Notes: a model not told the origin generated them from the sequence alone. Shown: positions 47,583 through 58,630, counted from the first letter of the stretch. The stretch: DNA of 64,000 nucleotides from an uncultured Thermoleophilia bacterium (GCA_963702475.1 CAVPCT010000004.1:416001-480000), one strand, 5' to 3'. A program made the numbers and translations.

Positions 47583-49054
47583 CGAAACGCTCCCCCGGCG
47601 CGCCAGCGTGCCACGATGTCGCCGGCGGAGGTGAGCAGGGCGCCCTGTGCGAGCAGCCTGTCCACGAGCCGCCAGTAGACTGCGTCGTAGCCGCGCGAGA
47701 CGCGCGGGTCGAAGCGGTTGTTGTGCCAGAGCAGGCTGACCGCCCCGCCGCTGCGCCGGGCGCGGGCGAGCACGGTGCGCGCTGCCGATTCCGCCTGCAC
47801 GGCGTCCAGGCTTCGGTAGTGCGGCTCCTGCAGCGTGCCGTCCATCACGGCGAGGGGCAGCTCGACGAGGTCGAGTGGACGCTCCTCGGCCAGGGAGTAC
47901 GGCTGGAAGGGGAACGAGCACCCGCAGCGGAACCCCTCGTGCTCGGCGAACGCCAGACTGGTGTCGTAGCTGAATCCGGCCTGTTCGAGGAACGGCAGGG
48001 TCTCGTGGTAGAGGCAGCGGAGGTAGTGGTAGCGCATGCCGTGGATCTCGGCCCGCGCCGACCTCGCGAGCAGGGCGCGGTCGTCCACCAGGGGGTCCAC
48101 GCCGAGCCGGTCGGCGTCGTTTCCGTGCAGGCCGATCTCCCTGCGGTGGCGGGCGAGCAGGGCGAGTGCCTCCGGGATCCTGCTGCGGTAGGTCTCGGGC
48201 TGGTTGCCGTCGCGCTTGTGCGTGTGCCGGGCGATGACGAAGAACGTCGAGGTGATGCCCCTGCCATCCTCGCCGCCGAGGATCTGCGGGAACGTCCAGA
48301 ACGGGTCGGTGCCGCGCGGCAGATGCCTGATGAGCCAATCGCTGAGGTCACCGAGCTCACGCCCCACGCCCGAGGAGCTGCGCGCCCTGACGGCGCGGAG
48401 CGTGCGGTAGCCCGATGCCGCAAGGCCGCGCCGGGTCCATCGCCAGAGGTTGTCGACGTCATGGGTGAGGGCGACGGCGAACCGCTGGTCGGGTCCCCAG
48501 ACCCAGCCGGGATCGGGCAGCGGATCGAGGCCGAGCGCCGCAAGTCGCGGAGCCAGGACGGCGCGGAGGATCTCCACGTAGCGGTCCACAGCCGGGTCGT
48601 CGATGGCCAGGGCCGGCTGCGTGGCGAAGATGCTCGTCTCGTACGGCAGGCGGCCGTGCTTGTCGCGCTCGGCTGTCGTGTGCTCGTCCCAGCAGGCGAG
48701 CAGGACGAAGGCCGACGCGACGAGGTCGGCCGGGACGGCGAAGCCGGATTCCCGGCCGGCCGGCCACGCCGAGACCGAGTACACGGGGCCGGCGCCGCAG
48801 CCGGCGAACACTCCGGCCGGGAGCGGCCGCCCGGCCGCCAGGAGCTCGACGGCGCCGGCGTCGCACGGGATCGTGGGCACGCCGGCGACCGGCTCCGGCG
48901 CGTACGCCAGAGCGGCGCCGCCGGCCTGCGCCCGGTCGCGGGTGACCGCGACCCGGCGCCCGAGCGGCGCCAGCAGCGTCTCGAGCACCCAGGCGGCGCG
49001 CGGCGCGAAGCTCTCCGGCGCGCCGACGAAGACGCTGAGCGCGGGCGAGCTCAC
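47579..49054 (-). CDS. CE4-like polysaccharide deacetylase family protein
   Basis: THDVD, EIGLHG, RYHYLR, YDTSL, LLWHN. Confidence 0.85.
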   Translation of the reverse strand: MSSPALSVFVGAPESFAPRAAWVLETLLAPLGRRVAVTRDRAQAGGAALAYAPEPVAGVPTIPCDAGAVELLAAGRPLPAGVFAGCGAGPVYSVSAWPAGRESGFAVPADLVASAFVLLACWDEHTTAERDKHGRLPYETSIFATQPALAIDDPAVDRYVEILRAVLAPRLAALGLDPLPDPGWVWGPDQRFAVALTHDVDNLWRWTRRGLAASGYRTLRAVRARSSSGVGRELGDLSDWLIRHLPRGTDPFWTFPQILGGEDGRGITSTFFVIARHTHKRDGNQPETYRSRIPEALALLARHRREIGLHGNDADRLGVDPLVDDRALLARSARAEIHGMRYHYLRCLYHETLPFLEQAGFSYDTSLAFAEHEGFRCGCSFPFQPYSLAEERPLDLVELPLAVMDGTLQEPHYRSLDAVQAESAARTVLARARRSGGAVSLLWHNNRFDPRVSRGYDAVYWRLVDRLLAQGALLTSAGDIVARWRAGGAFR

Positions 49055-49097
49055 GGCGCCGTCACCGAACCCGCGCGGGTCGCCGTGCGAGCGCCGC

Positions 49098-50315
49098 TCA
49101 CACGTCGGCCCTCGCCCGCGGCGCCCTCGTCACGATCTGCTTCGCCACGGTCCAGGCGTTGAGGAGGCCGGGCACCGGGTCGGCGAGCGAGTGCAGGCCG
49201 TCCATGCGCGTGCCGCGCAGCGACCTCACGTACTCGACGGGGTCGCGCTCGCGCTTGGCGATCTCGAGCAGCGCCAGCGGCACGTCCTTGTTCACGACGA
49301 TCCACTTGACGCCGTCGATCTGGCGGGGCGCCAGGTACGGCCGGCCGATGGCGTCGCTGTAGGCCGCGAACGACAGGTTCACGCCGCAGGCGGCGGCCAG
49401 ACCGTGCCACTTCCAGTGACGGGCGTTGACCTCCATGAGGCAGAAGCGCCCGTCGCGCGGGTCGCGCTTGAACTCCACCTGGCTCACGCCGTGGAAGTGC
49501 AGCTCCTGCAGCAGGCGCAGGCCGGCGTCGGCCAGGCCGGCGTCCCAGCGGCTCACGCCGGCGAGGCAGCTGCCGCCGGCGTGCGGGTACTGACGGAGCT
49601 TGTGGCCGGTGAACACTGCCAGTGGCCGCGAGCCGGCATCCAGGTACGAGCCCACGGTCCACAACTCGTGCTCACCTCCGGGGATGCGCTCCTGCAGCAT
49701 CAGCACGCCGAGGTCGTCGACCTTGTCGTAGATGCGCTGCAGGTCGGAGGGGGTCTGGACGTCGAGGATGTGGCGGTGAAAGCGCAGCTTGAACGCCAGC
49801 GACTCGACGGGCTTGAGCACCGCCGGGAACCGTACCTCGCCGGCGGCCGCCTCCAGCTCCGCGCCTGAGCCGACGAACATCGTCTTCGGTGTGTCGACGC
49901 CCACGCGCCAGGCCGCCTCCATCTGGGCGCGCTTGTCGTGTACGCGCTGCATGGCGTCCCAGCGCGAGAACGGCACGATGTACCAGGGCGCGAGCCGCTC
50001 GGCGTGACGCGACAGCGGCCAGATGTACTCGTCGTGGCTGGGAAAGACCACGGCCCGCTGCGGCAGGCGCGGGCCGAGCGTCTCCAACCAGGTGACGAAG
50101 GCCTCCTCGTCGGCGAGCGGGTCGGGGCAGACCATAGCGGCGGCGAAGCGCGAGCGCAGGCCGATGGCGGCCGGGTCGGCGTCGAGGGCGAAGACCGGCA
50201 CGCCGTGACGGCCGCCCAGGTCGCGCACGATGTCCAGGCCGCAGGCGTAGCTGACCTGGAACACGGCGGCGGGCGGCTGCGCGGCCGCCGCCTTCAGGAT
50301 CGTGTCGACCCTCAC
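49098..50315 (-). CDS. ATP-grasp carboxylate-amine ligase (D-aspartate ligase-like), paralog 1
   Basis: FPSHDE, HDK, LKP, QERIPG, KLRQYP, VEFKRDPRDG, EVNAR. Confidence 0.87.
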   Translation of the reverse strand: MRVDTILKAAAAQPPAAVFQVSYACGLDIVRDLGGRHGVPVFALDADPAAIGLRSRFAAAMVCPDPLADEEAFVTWLETLGPRLPQRAVVFPSHDEYIWPLSRHAERLAPWYIVPFSRWDAMQRVHDKRAQMEAAWRVGVDTPKTMFVGSGAELEAAAGEVRFPAVLKPVESLAFKLRFHRHILDVQTPSDLQRIYDKVDDLGVLMLQERIPGGEHELWTVGSYLDAGSRPLAVFTGHKLRQYPHAGGSCLAGVSRWDAGLADAGLRLLQELHFHGVSQVEFKRDPRDGRFCLMEVNARHWKWHGLAAACGVNLSFAAYSDAIGRPYLAPRQIDGVKWIVVNKDVPLALLEIAKRERDPVEYVRSLRGTRMDGLHSLADPVPGLLNAWTVAKQIVTRAPRARADV

Positions 50316-51538
50316 GGCGCCTCCTTCTCGTGCGGCTCTCCGGTGCGCGTGACGAAGCGCTTGAGCTGGCGCCCGGTGATCAGCAGGCCCGGCATCGGGT
50401 CGCGCAGCGAGTACAGCCCGTCCACGCGGACCCCCTTGTACGAGCTCAGCCACGGCCCGAGCTTCGTCTCGTGCCGGCGCCAGCCGGAAAGCGCGTCGCG
50501 CACGTCTGTGAGCGCCACGACCCACTTCCTGCCGTCCACCTGCCGCGGCGCGATGTACGGGTCGCCGACGGCGTCGCGGTACGCGGCCAGCGACAGGTTC
50601 ACGCCGCAGGCCGTGGCCAGGCTGTGCCACATCCAGTGACGGGCGTTGACCTCCATGAGGCGGTAGCGCCCGTCACGCGGGTCGCGTTTGAACTCCACCT
50701 GGCTCACGCCGTGGTAGCTGAGCTCGTGGAGCAGGCGCAGCCCGGCCTCCGCAAGCTCGGGCACCCAGGCGCTCACAGCCATGCTCACGTGCCCGAAGCG
50801 CGGGGGGTGCTGGCGCAGCTTGTGCCCCGTGAACACCGCCAGCGGCCGGCTCTGCGCGTCCAGGTAGGAGCCCAGCGTGTAGAGTTCCTCGTCGCCGCCC
50901 GGCACGATGTCCTGCAGCATCAGCGTGCCGCAGTCGCGGACGGCGTCGTAGGTGCGCAACAACTCCTCCTTCGAGCCGATCTCCAGCACGTGACGACGGA
51001 AGCGCACCTTGAACGCCAGCGACTCGACCGGCTTGAAAACGGCGGGGAAGCCGATCTCCTCGGCGCCGCGCTCGAGGTCCTCGTCGGAGTCGACGAACAC
51101 CGTCTTCGGCGTGTCGACGCCCACGCGCCAGGCCGCCTCCATCTGGGCGCGCTTGTCGTGCAGCCGCTGCATCGTCTCCCAGCGCGAGAAGGGGATGAGG
51201 TACCATTTCTCGAGGCGCGTGGCGTTCTTCGAGATCGGCCAGATGTACTGGTCGTGTGTGGGGAACAGCACGGGGCGGCGGGAGAAGCGGGATCCGAGGT
51301 CCTCGAGGTAGGCGACGAACGCGTCTTCGTCCTCCCGCGGGTCGGGGCAGACCCGCCCGGCGGCGAGCCGGGAACGCAGACCCAGGGCCCGAGGGTTGGC
51401 GTCGAGGGCGAGCAGCGGCACACCGGCGGCCGAGAGGTCGCGGATGATGTCGAGGCCGTTGGCCCACGACACCTGCATGACGATTGCGGCGTTGCGCTCG
51501 CCGGCCGTCTCCAGGAACTTCTCGAACCGCATGGACAC
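50312..51538 (-). CDS. ATP-grasp carboxylate-amine ligase (D-aspartate ligase-like), paralog 2
   Basis: FPTHDQ, HDK, FKP, QDIVPG, KLRQHP, VEFKRDPRDG, EVNAR. Confidence 0.87.
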   Translation of the reverse strand: MSMRFEKFLETAGERNAAIVMQVSWANGLDIIRDLSAAGVPLLALDANPRALGLRSRLAAGRVCPDPREDEDAFVAYLEDLGSRFSRRPVLFPTHDQYIWPISKNATRLEKWYLIPFSRWETMQRLHDKRAQMEAAWRVGVDTPKTVFVDSDEDLERGAEEIGFPAVFKPVESLAFKVRFRRHVLEIGSKEELLRTYDAVRDCGTLMLQDIVPGGDEELYTLGSYLDAQSRPLAVFTGHKLRQHPPRFGHVSMAVSAWVPELAEAGLRLLHELSYHGVSQVEFKRDPRDGRYRLMEVNARHWMWHSLATACGVNLSLAAYRDAVGDPYIAPRQVDGRKWVVALTDVRDALSGWRRHETKLGPWLSSYKGVRVDGLYSLRDPMPGLLITGRQLKRFVTRTGEPHEKEAP

Positions 51539-51541
51539 CTC

Positions 51542-52726
51542 TCAGGGATCGCGCCTGGACGGCGCCAGGACGCGTCGGTAGACCTCGTACGAGAGCCGCG
51601 CGTTACGCTCCCAGCTCAGGGCGAGCGCCGCGGCCTTGCCGGCTTCGCCCACGGCCGCCGCCTTCGTGCGGTCGTCCAGTACCGCTGCGATGATACCGGC
51701 CAGCGCGTCGGGGTCGCGGACCGGCGTGAGATACCCGCTCACGCCGTCCTCGATGAAGTCCTCCGGACCCTCGCCCTTGCCGGCCACGACCGGCGTGCCC
51801 TGGGCCATGGCCTCCGTGTACACGAGGCCGAACGCCTCGTCCCAGCTGGGCAGGGCGAAGAGGTCGGCGCGCGCCATCAGCGACAGCACGCGCGCGTGCT
51901 CCACGCGGCCGAGGAAGTGCACGGTGTCGGCTACGCCCTCGGCGGCCGCCTGCTGCTCGAGGGAGTCGCGCAGCGGACCGTCGCCTACGACGGCGAGGTC
52001 GACGACGCGGCCGCGGCGGCGCAGCCGGCCCGCAGCCGCGACCAGGTCTTTGAGCCCCTTGCGGGGGATCAGGTAGCCGACGGCGAGCACGAGCGGCCTG
52101 CCGGGCAGGTAATCGTCCGCCGGCTGGACAGTCTGTCCAAGTCCGGTCGTCCCGTTCAGCACCACGCTCAGCCGGTCGTCCGGCACCACACCGGTCAGCA
52201 GCCGCGCGACGGCGCTGGAGTTGGCCATCACGGCGTCGGCGGCGCCGAGCACGGAGCGCGTGCGCTCCGCGACGGCGCCGCCCATGCGCAGGTGCTGGTA
52301 CACGTCGGCGCCGTGCACGGTGACGACCCACGGCACCCTGAGGTCGGCGGCCAGGCGCTGCGCGAGCGCGCCGTCCGGCAGCGCCTGGTGCGCGTGGACC
52401 AGGTCGTACTGCCCCGCCGTCACCGACGGCAGCGAGCAGACGGCGCGGTAGGCGAGGTCGCCGAGGCGGTCGAAGAGCAGGCGCTGCGGCGGCTGCACGA
52501 AGCGCGGGTACTCGGCGGTGATGCCGTCGCGAACCGCCTCCCGGGGCTTCTCGCCGCGGCGCTTCTGGCGCGCGCTGCGCCAGAGGAACCGCGGCGCCCA
52601 CGGCGTCGGCGAGATCACGTGAGCCTCCACGCCGAGCTCGCGCAGCGCCAGCAGCTGCTCGTGCACGAACAGGTGGCGCTCGACGCCGGGCGACGGATAG
52701 AGGTGCGAGACGACGAGGACCTTCAC
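51542..52726 (-). CDS. GT4 glycosyltransferase (TuaC-like)
   Basis: SHLYP, TVHGAD, RKG, EAFGLVYTEAMA. Confidence 0.9.
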   Translation of the reverse strand: MKVLVVSHLYPSPGVERHLFVHEQLLALRELGVEAHVISPTPWAPRFLWRSARQKRRGEKPREAVRDGITAEYPRFVQPPQRLLFDRLGDLAYRAVCSLPSVTAGQYDLVHAHQALPDGALAQRLAADLRVPWVVTVHGADVYQHLRMGGAVAERTRSVLGAADAVMANSSAVARLLTGVVPDDRLSVVLNGTTGLGQTVQPADDYLPGRPLVLAVGYLIPRKGLKDLVAAAGRLRRRGRVVDLAVVGDGPLRDSLEQQAAAEGVADTVHFLGRVEHARVLSLMARADLFALPSWDEAFGLVYTEAMAQGTPVVAGKGEGPEDFIEDGVSGYLTPVRDPDALAGIIAAVLDDRTKAAAVGEAGKAAALALSWERNARLSYEVYRRVLAPSRRDP

Positions 52727-52736
52727 CCTCCGCTCC

Positions 52737-54296
52737 TCACGGCGTGCTCCCCGAGCCGATCGGCGCGCGGGCCTCCGCCTGCAGCGCGGCCGGCAGCAGC
52801 CGAACGCTCTCCCGCCGTTCGGCCGCGGCCAGGCGCGAGCGCGAGACCACCGCCAGCCCGAGTCCGTACAGGATCCAGAGCGGGGCGAAGCTCACCGAGC
52901 TGCTCGGTCCCACCGCGCCGACGGTCCACCCCAGCAGGGCCAGCACAGTGCCGCTGGCCAGGTACCTCGTGAGCGGGTCGGGGTCGCCGCGGGCGATCGG
53001 CCACAACGCGAGCACCAGCATCACGTAGAAGACCAGGTGCAGGGCGAAACCGAGGATGCCCCCGTTCGCGTACGTCTCCAGCCACCAGTCATGCAGGTTG
53101 GAGATGCCCAGGGCCGTCGTCCCGGAGGAGATGATCCGCTCGGCCTGGCCGGGCCCCGCACCCAGGAGGAAGGTACTGCCGGCGATCTGGAACCCCCGGC
53201 TGGTGAGGCTCTCCCTGATCTCGCCGGACCCCTTGCCCGACTGCGCCTGGGCGATCAGTGCCTCGAGGCGGAACTGGCGCAGCATATCGTCGCTGGAGTC
53301 GTTGAACAGCAGGTAGGCGCCGGCGGCGACGATGACCAGGGCCACCACGGCCCCGACGATCCTGCCGGTCCGCGCCGAGAGGCGCGCCTTGAGGTGCCAG
53401 AACAGCAGGACGGCCGCGAGCGTGGAGATGCCGGCCGCCACCAGGCTGGAGCGCGATCCGGTACGCACGAACGCGGCGGCCCCGAGGGCGATCAGGAACA
53501 GGTCGAGCAGGAGCCAGCGCGCTTTGCGCGTGAAGAAGAACGCGCACAGCATGAACGGCCAACAGAATGCCAGGTAGGTGGCCAGGTCGTTCTGGTTCAC
53601 GAACACGCTCGTGACCGCGTACGTCTGGGATGTGACGGCGGTGATGAGGCGCGAGGTCGGCAGGCGCACGCCGAGGCGCGCCTCCAGCACGGTGAAGCCC
53701 GCCACGAAGAGGTACGCGAGGACGAGAAAGACGCTCAGCCACAGGAGGCTGCGACGGCTGGCGCCGCAGGCGGCCGTGGCGAGCAGGAGCGCGACCATGG
53801 TGAACACGATCGCCAGGTAGGTGAAGGCGAGGGTCTTGTCGGCGGACCAGGCGACGGCGACGAGCAGCCAGGCGAACCAGAGGACGATGGGAAGCGCGAC
53901 GTCCTGCGCCGCGAACGGCAGCGGCGTGCGGCGCACGATCAGGTAGGTCACGCCGAGTGCCATGATGCCGCCGAGGATCAGGCGGAAGAGGAAGAGCTGA
54001 GGCGCGGCCGGTAGCGCGAACGACGGGCCGAGCAGGGCGGCGGCGGGGAGCACGACCAGACCGGCGACGAGCACGGAGCGCACGCGCAGGCGGGCGAGAC
54101 GCGGGCGCGCGAGCACGACAGCCGCCACCGCTCCTGCGGCGAAAAGGAGGCCGAGCGCCGGCAGGGGGCGCCGCACGAGCGCGGCGGCGAGCACGACCGT
54201 GAGGAGCGCGCCGCCGCCGACCACGACGGCGTCGGCGCGGGAGAAGCGGGACTTCGCCGGAGCGGCGGCTGCGGCTGGTCCGGCGTTGGAGCTCAT
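52737..54296 (-). CDS. O-antigen ligase / Wzy-like polymerase (TuaE-like)
   Basis: Multiple TMs, NQNDLA, TGSR, GAGPG, NLHDWWLE. Confidence 0.85.
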   Translation of the reverse strand: MSSNAGPAAAAAPAKSRFSRADAVVVGGGALLTVVLAAALVRRPLPALGLLFAAGAVAAVVLARPRLARLRVRSVLVAGLVVLPAAALLGPSFALPAAPQLFLFRLILGGIMALGVTYLIVRRTPLPFAAQDVALPIVLWFAWLLVAVAWSADKTLAFTYLAIVFTMVALLLATAACGASRRSLLWLSVFLVLAYLFVAGFTVLEARLGVRLPTSRLITAVTSQTYAVTSVFVNQNDLATYLAFCWPFMLCAFFFTRKARWLLLDLFLIALGAAAFVRTGSRSSLVAAGISTLAAVLLFWHLKARLSARTGRIVGAVVALVIVAAGAYLLFNDSSDDMLRQFRLEALIAQAQSGKGSGEIRESLTSRGFQIAGSTFLLGAGPGQAERIISSGTTALGISNLHDWWLETYANGGILGFALHLVFYVMLVLALWPIARGDPDPLTRYLASGTVLALLGWTVGAVGPSSSVSFAPLWILYGLGLAVVSRSRLAAAERRESVRLLPAALQAEARAPIGSGSTP

Positions 54297-54305
54297 GCGC
54301 CGATT

Positions 54306-55583
54306 CTACTCCGTGCCGGGGGAGGCCGCCGCGCCGGGGCCCGGCGCGGCGGGGCCCGGCCGGGCATTGCCGGAGCGTCCGCCAGCCGCTTGGGCCGTCC
54401 CGCCGGCGCCGGCCCGCAGCAGCCCTTCCAGGATCACGGCTAGCTCGTGCGTCAGGCGGACCAGCTCGTAGCGCTGCAGGGCCGCCCGGTCGGCCACCGG
54501 CGCCGAGCCGTCGCGGACGGTCGCGACGAACGCGGCCAGCGGTCCGGCCATGGCGTCGTCGGGCAGCACGCAGGTGCCGCCGCCGACCTCCGCGAACAGG
54601 GCGCGGGCGGCGGAGCCGGCCGGCGAGATGGCGAACACCGGCCGGCCGGCCTGCAGGTACTCGAACACCTTGCTCGACATGGCCTCGGGCTTGCGCCCGT
54701 TGACGAGCAGCAGGCCGTCGGCCGCGCGTTGGTAGCCGAGGGCGCAGGAGAGCGGCACGAAGGGCTCGACGCGGACCCGATCCCCGAGGCCCAGCCGGTC
54801 GGCGTCTGGCTTCACGCGGCTCTCGTCGACGCCGACGAAGAGAGCCTTGACCTCGGGCGGCTGCGCCGCGAGCGCCGTGAGGAACGCCGTGACCTGCTGC
54901 TCGCGCCCGTACAGCCGCCCCGTATGCACGATCCAGAAACCCTCGTCGAGCGTGACGTCATCGGCCTGCTCGGCGAGGTCGAAGCCGTTGGGCAGCACGT
55001 GCGCGCGGCCCTGCAGCCAGGGGTGCCGCGCCACGAGGTCGTCCGCGATCGGCCGGTTGACGGCCGTGACGGCCGCGGCCTGCCGCAGGGCGCACGCCTC
55101 CAGGCGGGCGTGGGCCGCTCTGTGGGCGGCCGTCGGGTACGTCCGGAACATGTAGGTGGACCAGGGGTCGCGGTAGTCAGCCAGCCAGGGCAGGCCGCTT
55201 CCCCGCGCCAGGAGCGCGGCGGTGAGGTGCACCGACGGCCGCGGCGAGCTCGAGAAGATCGCGTCGAAGCGCGCGCCGCTCAGCAGCCGGCGGCCCTCGC
55301 ACACGGCCGGCGCGATCCACCCGCAGTACGGGTCGGGCACGGCGACCCAGCGGTTCACGCGCGTAGCGCGCCTGCCGCCGCCGAGCAGCTGCTTGGGCCA
55401 TGGCACGGGCGCCCGCACCACGGGGACCCCGGGCGGCTCTGCCGCCGGCCCGGCCGCCCTGGGCGCCACCACCGTGGCCTGCCAGCCCTCGGCCGGCAGG
55501 TGCCGGAGGAAGCGGACCAGGCGCGTCGTCCCGGCGCTGGCCATGGGCGGGTACGGGTTGGCGATGACGAGCAGTCTGGGCAT
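54306..55583 (-). CDS. GT4 glycosyltransferase
   Basis: YPP, ADYRDPW, HTGRLYG, SKVFEYL. Confidence 0.87.
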   Translation of the reverse strand: MPRLLVIANPYPPMASAGTTRLVRFLRHLPAEGWQATVVAPRAAGPAAEPPGVPVVRAPVPWPKQLLGGGRRATRVNRWVAVPDPYCGWIAPAVCEGRRLLSGARFDAIFSSSPRPSVHLTAALLARGSGLPWLADYRDPWSTYMFRTYPTAAHRAAHARLEACALRQAAAVTAVNRPIADDLVARHPWLQGRAHVLPNGFDLAEQADDVTLDEGFWIVHTGRLYGREQQVTAFLTALAAQPPEVKALFVGVDESRVKPDADRLGLGDRVRVEPFVPLSCALGYQRAADGLLLVNGRKPEAMSSKVFEYLQAGRPVFAISPAGSAARALFAEVGGGTCVLPDDAMAGPLAAFVATVRDGSAPVADRAALQRYELVRLTHELAVILEGLLRAGAGGTAQAAGGRSGNARPGPAAPGPGAAASPGTE

Positions 55584-55671
55584 CACGTACCTCGCATCGG
55601 ACTCCGGCCGGGTCGGCTCCAGGCCCCGGACGGCCCCGGGGCCGGCGGCCTGCGACCCGGCCGACGCGCTC

Positions 55672-56712
55672 TCAGCGGCCGGCGGCCGGCGAAAGGCCGA
55701 ACGCCCCCGGCGCTGTGGAGACGACGGTGTCGACGAGCCGCCGCGCGTTCGCGCGCTTGAAGTGGAAGCCGTCGTAGAAGTTCTTCGGGTCGCCGTCGAT
55801 GCTGGAGAGCCTGCTGTCGTCCAGGACGGTGAGCTCGTGGTCCGCCCGCAGGCTCTTGAGATAAGCCAGGACCTCGCGGTGCCGCTTGTTCCACCCGGCG
55901 TCCTTGACGGCGGAGAGCAGACGCGGGTGGAGTGGCGTGAGCACAACGACCTGCCGCGTCCCCATGTCGTCGAGCAGGTCCAGCGTCTTCTCGAAGTACT
56001 CGGTGGACCGCGGGAAGAGGGCCGAGCTGCTGGTGGCGTACCGTTCCAGCGCCTTGTCGATGGACCAGTCCAGGGCGCGCTCGAGCGTGCGGCCCTTCTC
56101 CTGGGCGATGTCGTAACGGTTGCGCAGCACCACACCGTCGCCGCCGAACGTGGTCAAGGCGAGATCGGTGCCCTTGGGGAGCTCGGCCTCGGTCTGCGGG
56201 AGCTTCTTCTTCTCGGCGGCGATGAGGTCGGCGGGGAACCAGCGGCTGAGCCGCTCGTCCTGGATGAGCCCGGGCGAGAGGCCCTGCTCGCGGAACGCCT
56301 CTACGTGCAGGAACCACACGACCTGGAGCGGGACGTCCGGATCCTCGTCGTGGAGCAGGTTGAGAAACGCCCAGGCGTCCTCCGGACGGCCGTTCTGCAG
56401 AGAGAGGTTGTAGCCGGGCAGACCGGTGAGCTTCTGGAGCCGCGCCGGCTCGATGCGCGCCGCGCGCGAGCCGCCGAGGATCAGCAGGCGCGGCGTCTGC
56501 GGCTGCGCGTCGAGCTGTTTGAGCTTGACGGCGCGGTCGGTGAGGACGAACGGGGTCTGTTGCTTCTGGATGAGGAGCTGGAACGGCCGTGACACGGCGA
56601 CGCCGGCGGTGATGCCGATGATGAGGACGGCGAAGACCAGCAGGCCGCCCGCTGGGGAGCGCCTGCGACTCCGCCGTCCGCCGGCGAGGCTGGTGTCTGT
56701 GGTGTGACCCAT
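55672..56712 (-). CDS. Membrane-anchored SGNH-like protein (putative O-acyltransferase partner)
   Basis: N-terminal TM, LGGSR and FYDGFH; own TAGAAT upstream. The ORF-track fusion with the flippase results from a frameshift. Confidence 0.7.
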   Translation of the reverse strand: MGHTTDTSLAGGRRSRRRSPAGGLLVFAVLIIGITAGVAVSRPFQLLIQKQQTPFVLTDRAVKLKQLDAQPQTPRLLILGGSRAARIEPARLQKLTGLPGYNLSLQNGRPEDAWAFLNLLHDEDPDVPLQVVWFLHVEAFREQGLSPGLIQDERLSRWFPADLIAAEKKKLPQTEAELPKGTDLALTTFGGDGVVLRNRYDIAQEKGRTLERALDWSIDKALERYATSSSALFPRSTEYFEKTLDLLDDMGTRQVVVLTPLHPRLLSAVKDAGWNKRHREVLAYLKSLRADHELTVLDDSRLSSIDGDPKNFYDGFHFKRANARRLVDTVVSTAPGAFGLSPAAGR

Positions 56713-56807
56713 GGGCGTGGGCATTCTACTATCGCCGCCGGGCGACTGCCCCCCGCCCGCACCGTGGGCTTCGGCCGCGGAGCCCGGTTCCCTGCCCCGC
56801 CGCGGCC

Positions 56808-58630
56808 TCAGACCTGCGCACTGCCGCCCTCGGCGATGTCCACTTCCGCCTCGATCTCCGTCTCTTCCTCCTCGGCTTCGAGGTCGTCTGCGGAGAGACG
56901 GACGGGGTCGCCTGGCTCGACTTGGGCAGCTCCGGCGCCGGGCTCCGGGCCCTCGACGGCCGCGCCGCCCGCCCCCGTTACGATCGCGCCGCCCGCCCCG
57001 GCCGCGGCAAGCGCCGGCGACGGCTTCGACCCCCGCCGCCGCCGCACGAGCCCGGCGAGTCCGTGCGCGCTCGGAGGCTGTGAAGAACCGCGCCGCCCAC
57101 AGCGCGAGCGGGAAGAGCAGCAGCGCCGGCGTCATGGCGAGCGAGCCGACGATCAGGTCGCCGAGCGGCTGGTCGACGCGCACGCCCATCGCCGCGCCGA
57201 TCGCCCAGCCGGCGCCCAGCGTGAGCGCCGTTGCCACCGCGATGATGATCAGCCGTCGCCACTCGTAGGGGATCGGGTAGTAGCGGTTGGAGATGAAGTA
57301 CACCAGCACCGCGAGGATCCCGAAGCCGATCGTCGTGGTCCACGCCGCCGCCCACATTCCGTACTCCGGCACCAGGAGGAAGTTGAGGCCGATGTTCACC
57401 CCGGAGGCCACGAGCGTGATCACCGGGATGAGCCGGTTCTTCTTGGCCACGTTGGCCCCGATCCAGAAGATGAAGTACAGGTTGTACAGGGCCACGGAGA
57501 GCGTGAGCACGAACGTCGTCGGGCCGACGGACCAGAAGTCTTCGTTCAGCAGCACGTGGATCACCAGCGGCAGGTAGAAGCCGACGAGCACGAGCAGCGC
57601 CCCGTTGAACGCCATGAAATAGGTCGACGAGCGGGAGACCATGCGCTTGTGCCTCTGCGGTTCGTTGAGCTTGGCGTAGTGCCACTGCGGCCAGGCCATG
57701 CGGAAGGCCATGCCGACGATGTAGAGCGGCTGCGAGAGGGACGTGGCGATCGGTGTAGAGACCGACCGCGGCGATGCCCTGGTAGTTCAGGAGGAAGAAG
57801 CGGTCGCTGAGCTTGAGGAAGAAGAACGAGATGGCCGTGAACATGGCCGGGATCGCGAACGCCAGCATCGAGCGCGTCAGCGCCGCGTCCCACAAGAAGC
57901 GCAGCCTTGGGGCGTAGAACGGAAGGGCGGCGACGTTGAGGATCACGGCCGTGGCGAGGTTCGCCCCCAGGTAGCCGGCGGGTCCCCAGTCGAAGACCGC
58001 GAGGAAGACCAGCGCCAGCGGCACCTGGATGAGCACGCGGGCGATCGTGAAGGTGGTGAACGTCCACGGCCTGTGCTCCAGGCGCATCAGGGTGAACGGC
58101 AGGTCGCTCAGGTTGGTGAAGAACAGCGTCGCGACACCGATGTTGAAGTAGATCGCGTAGCCTTCCCCGCCCATGATGGCGCTCGAGATCCACGGCATGA
58201 AGGCGATGAGCCCGCCGAGAAGAAGCGCCGGGTACAGGAACTTCACGTAGAAGACGTGGGTGATCACGTCGCGGCGGTGAGCGGGGCTCTTGTCGTCGAA
58301 GTAGAAGCGCGTGAAGGCGACGTCGAAGCCGAGCGTGACGAACACGTCGAGGAACGTGGTGACCGTGACGACCATGCCGACGATGCCGTAGTCGCTCTTC
58401 GTGAGGAAGGCGGTGAAGAGCGGCAGCATGAGCGCCGTGAGGAACTTCTGCAGCATCCTGCCCCCGCCGTAGATCACGGAGTCCTTGAGCAGCAGGGAGT
58501 AGGAGTGGCTCCTGGGTCTCTGGGCGGCGGCCGTGCGGCGGCGCGAGAGCAGGTTCGTGACGCCTCCGGGATGCAGGGGTGCGGCCGCGTGAGGGCGCGC
58601 GGCCGCCGGTCGGCGTGATCGGGTGGTCAT
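56808..58630 (-). CDS. Wzx polysaccharide flippase, +1 frameshifts near 57751 and 57060
   Basis: DSVIYG..LLTKSDYG-type start, SDRFFL, VGLY; removing single bases restores a continuous multi-TM protein with an acidic tail ending at 56808. Start approximate. Confidence 0.82.

Noticed and set aside
55672-57711. Apparent flippase-SGNH fusion (679 aa)
   Set aside because: Caused by the +1 insertion near 57060; the corrected flippase stops at 56808 and the SGNH-like gene has its own -10 and start.
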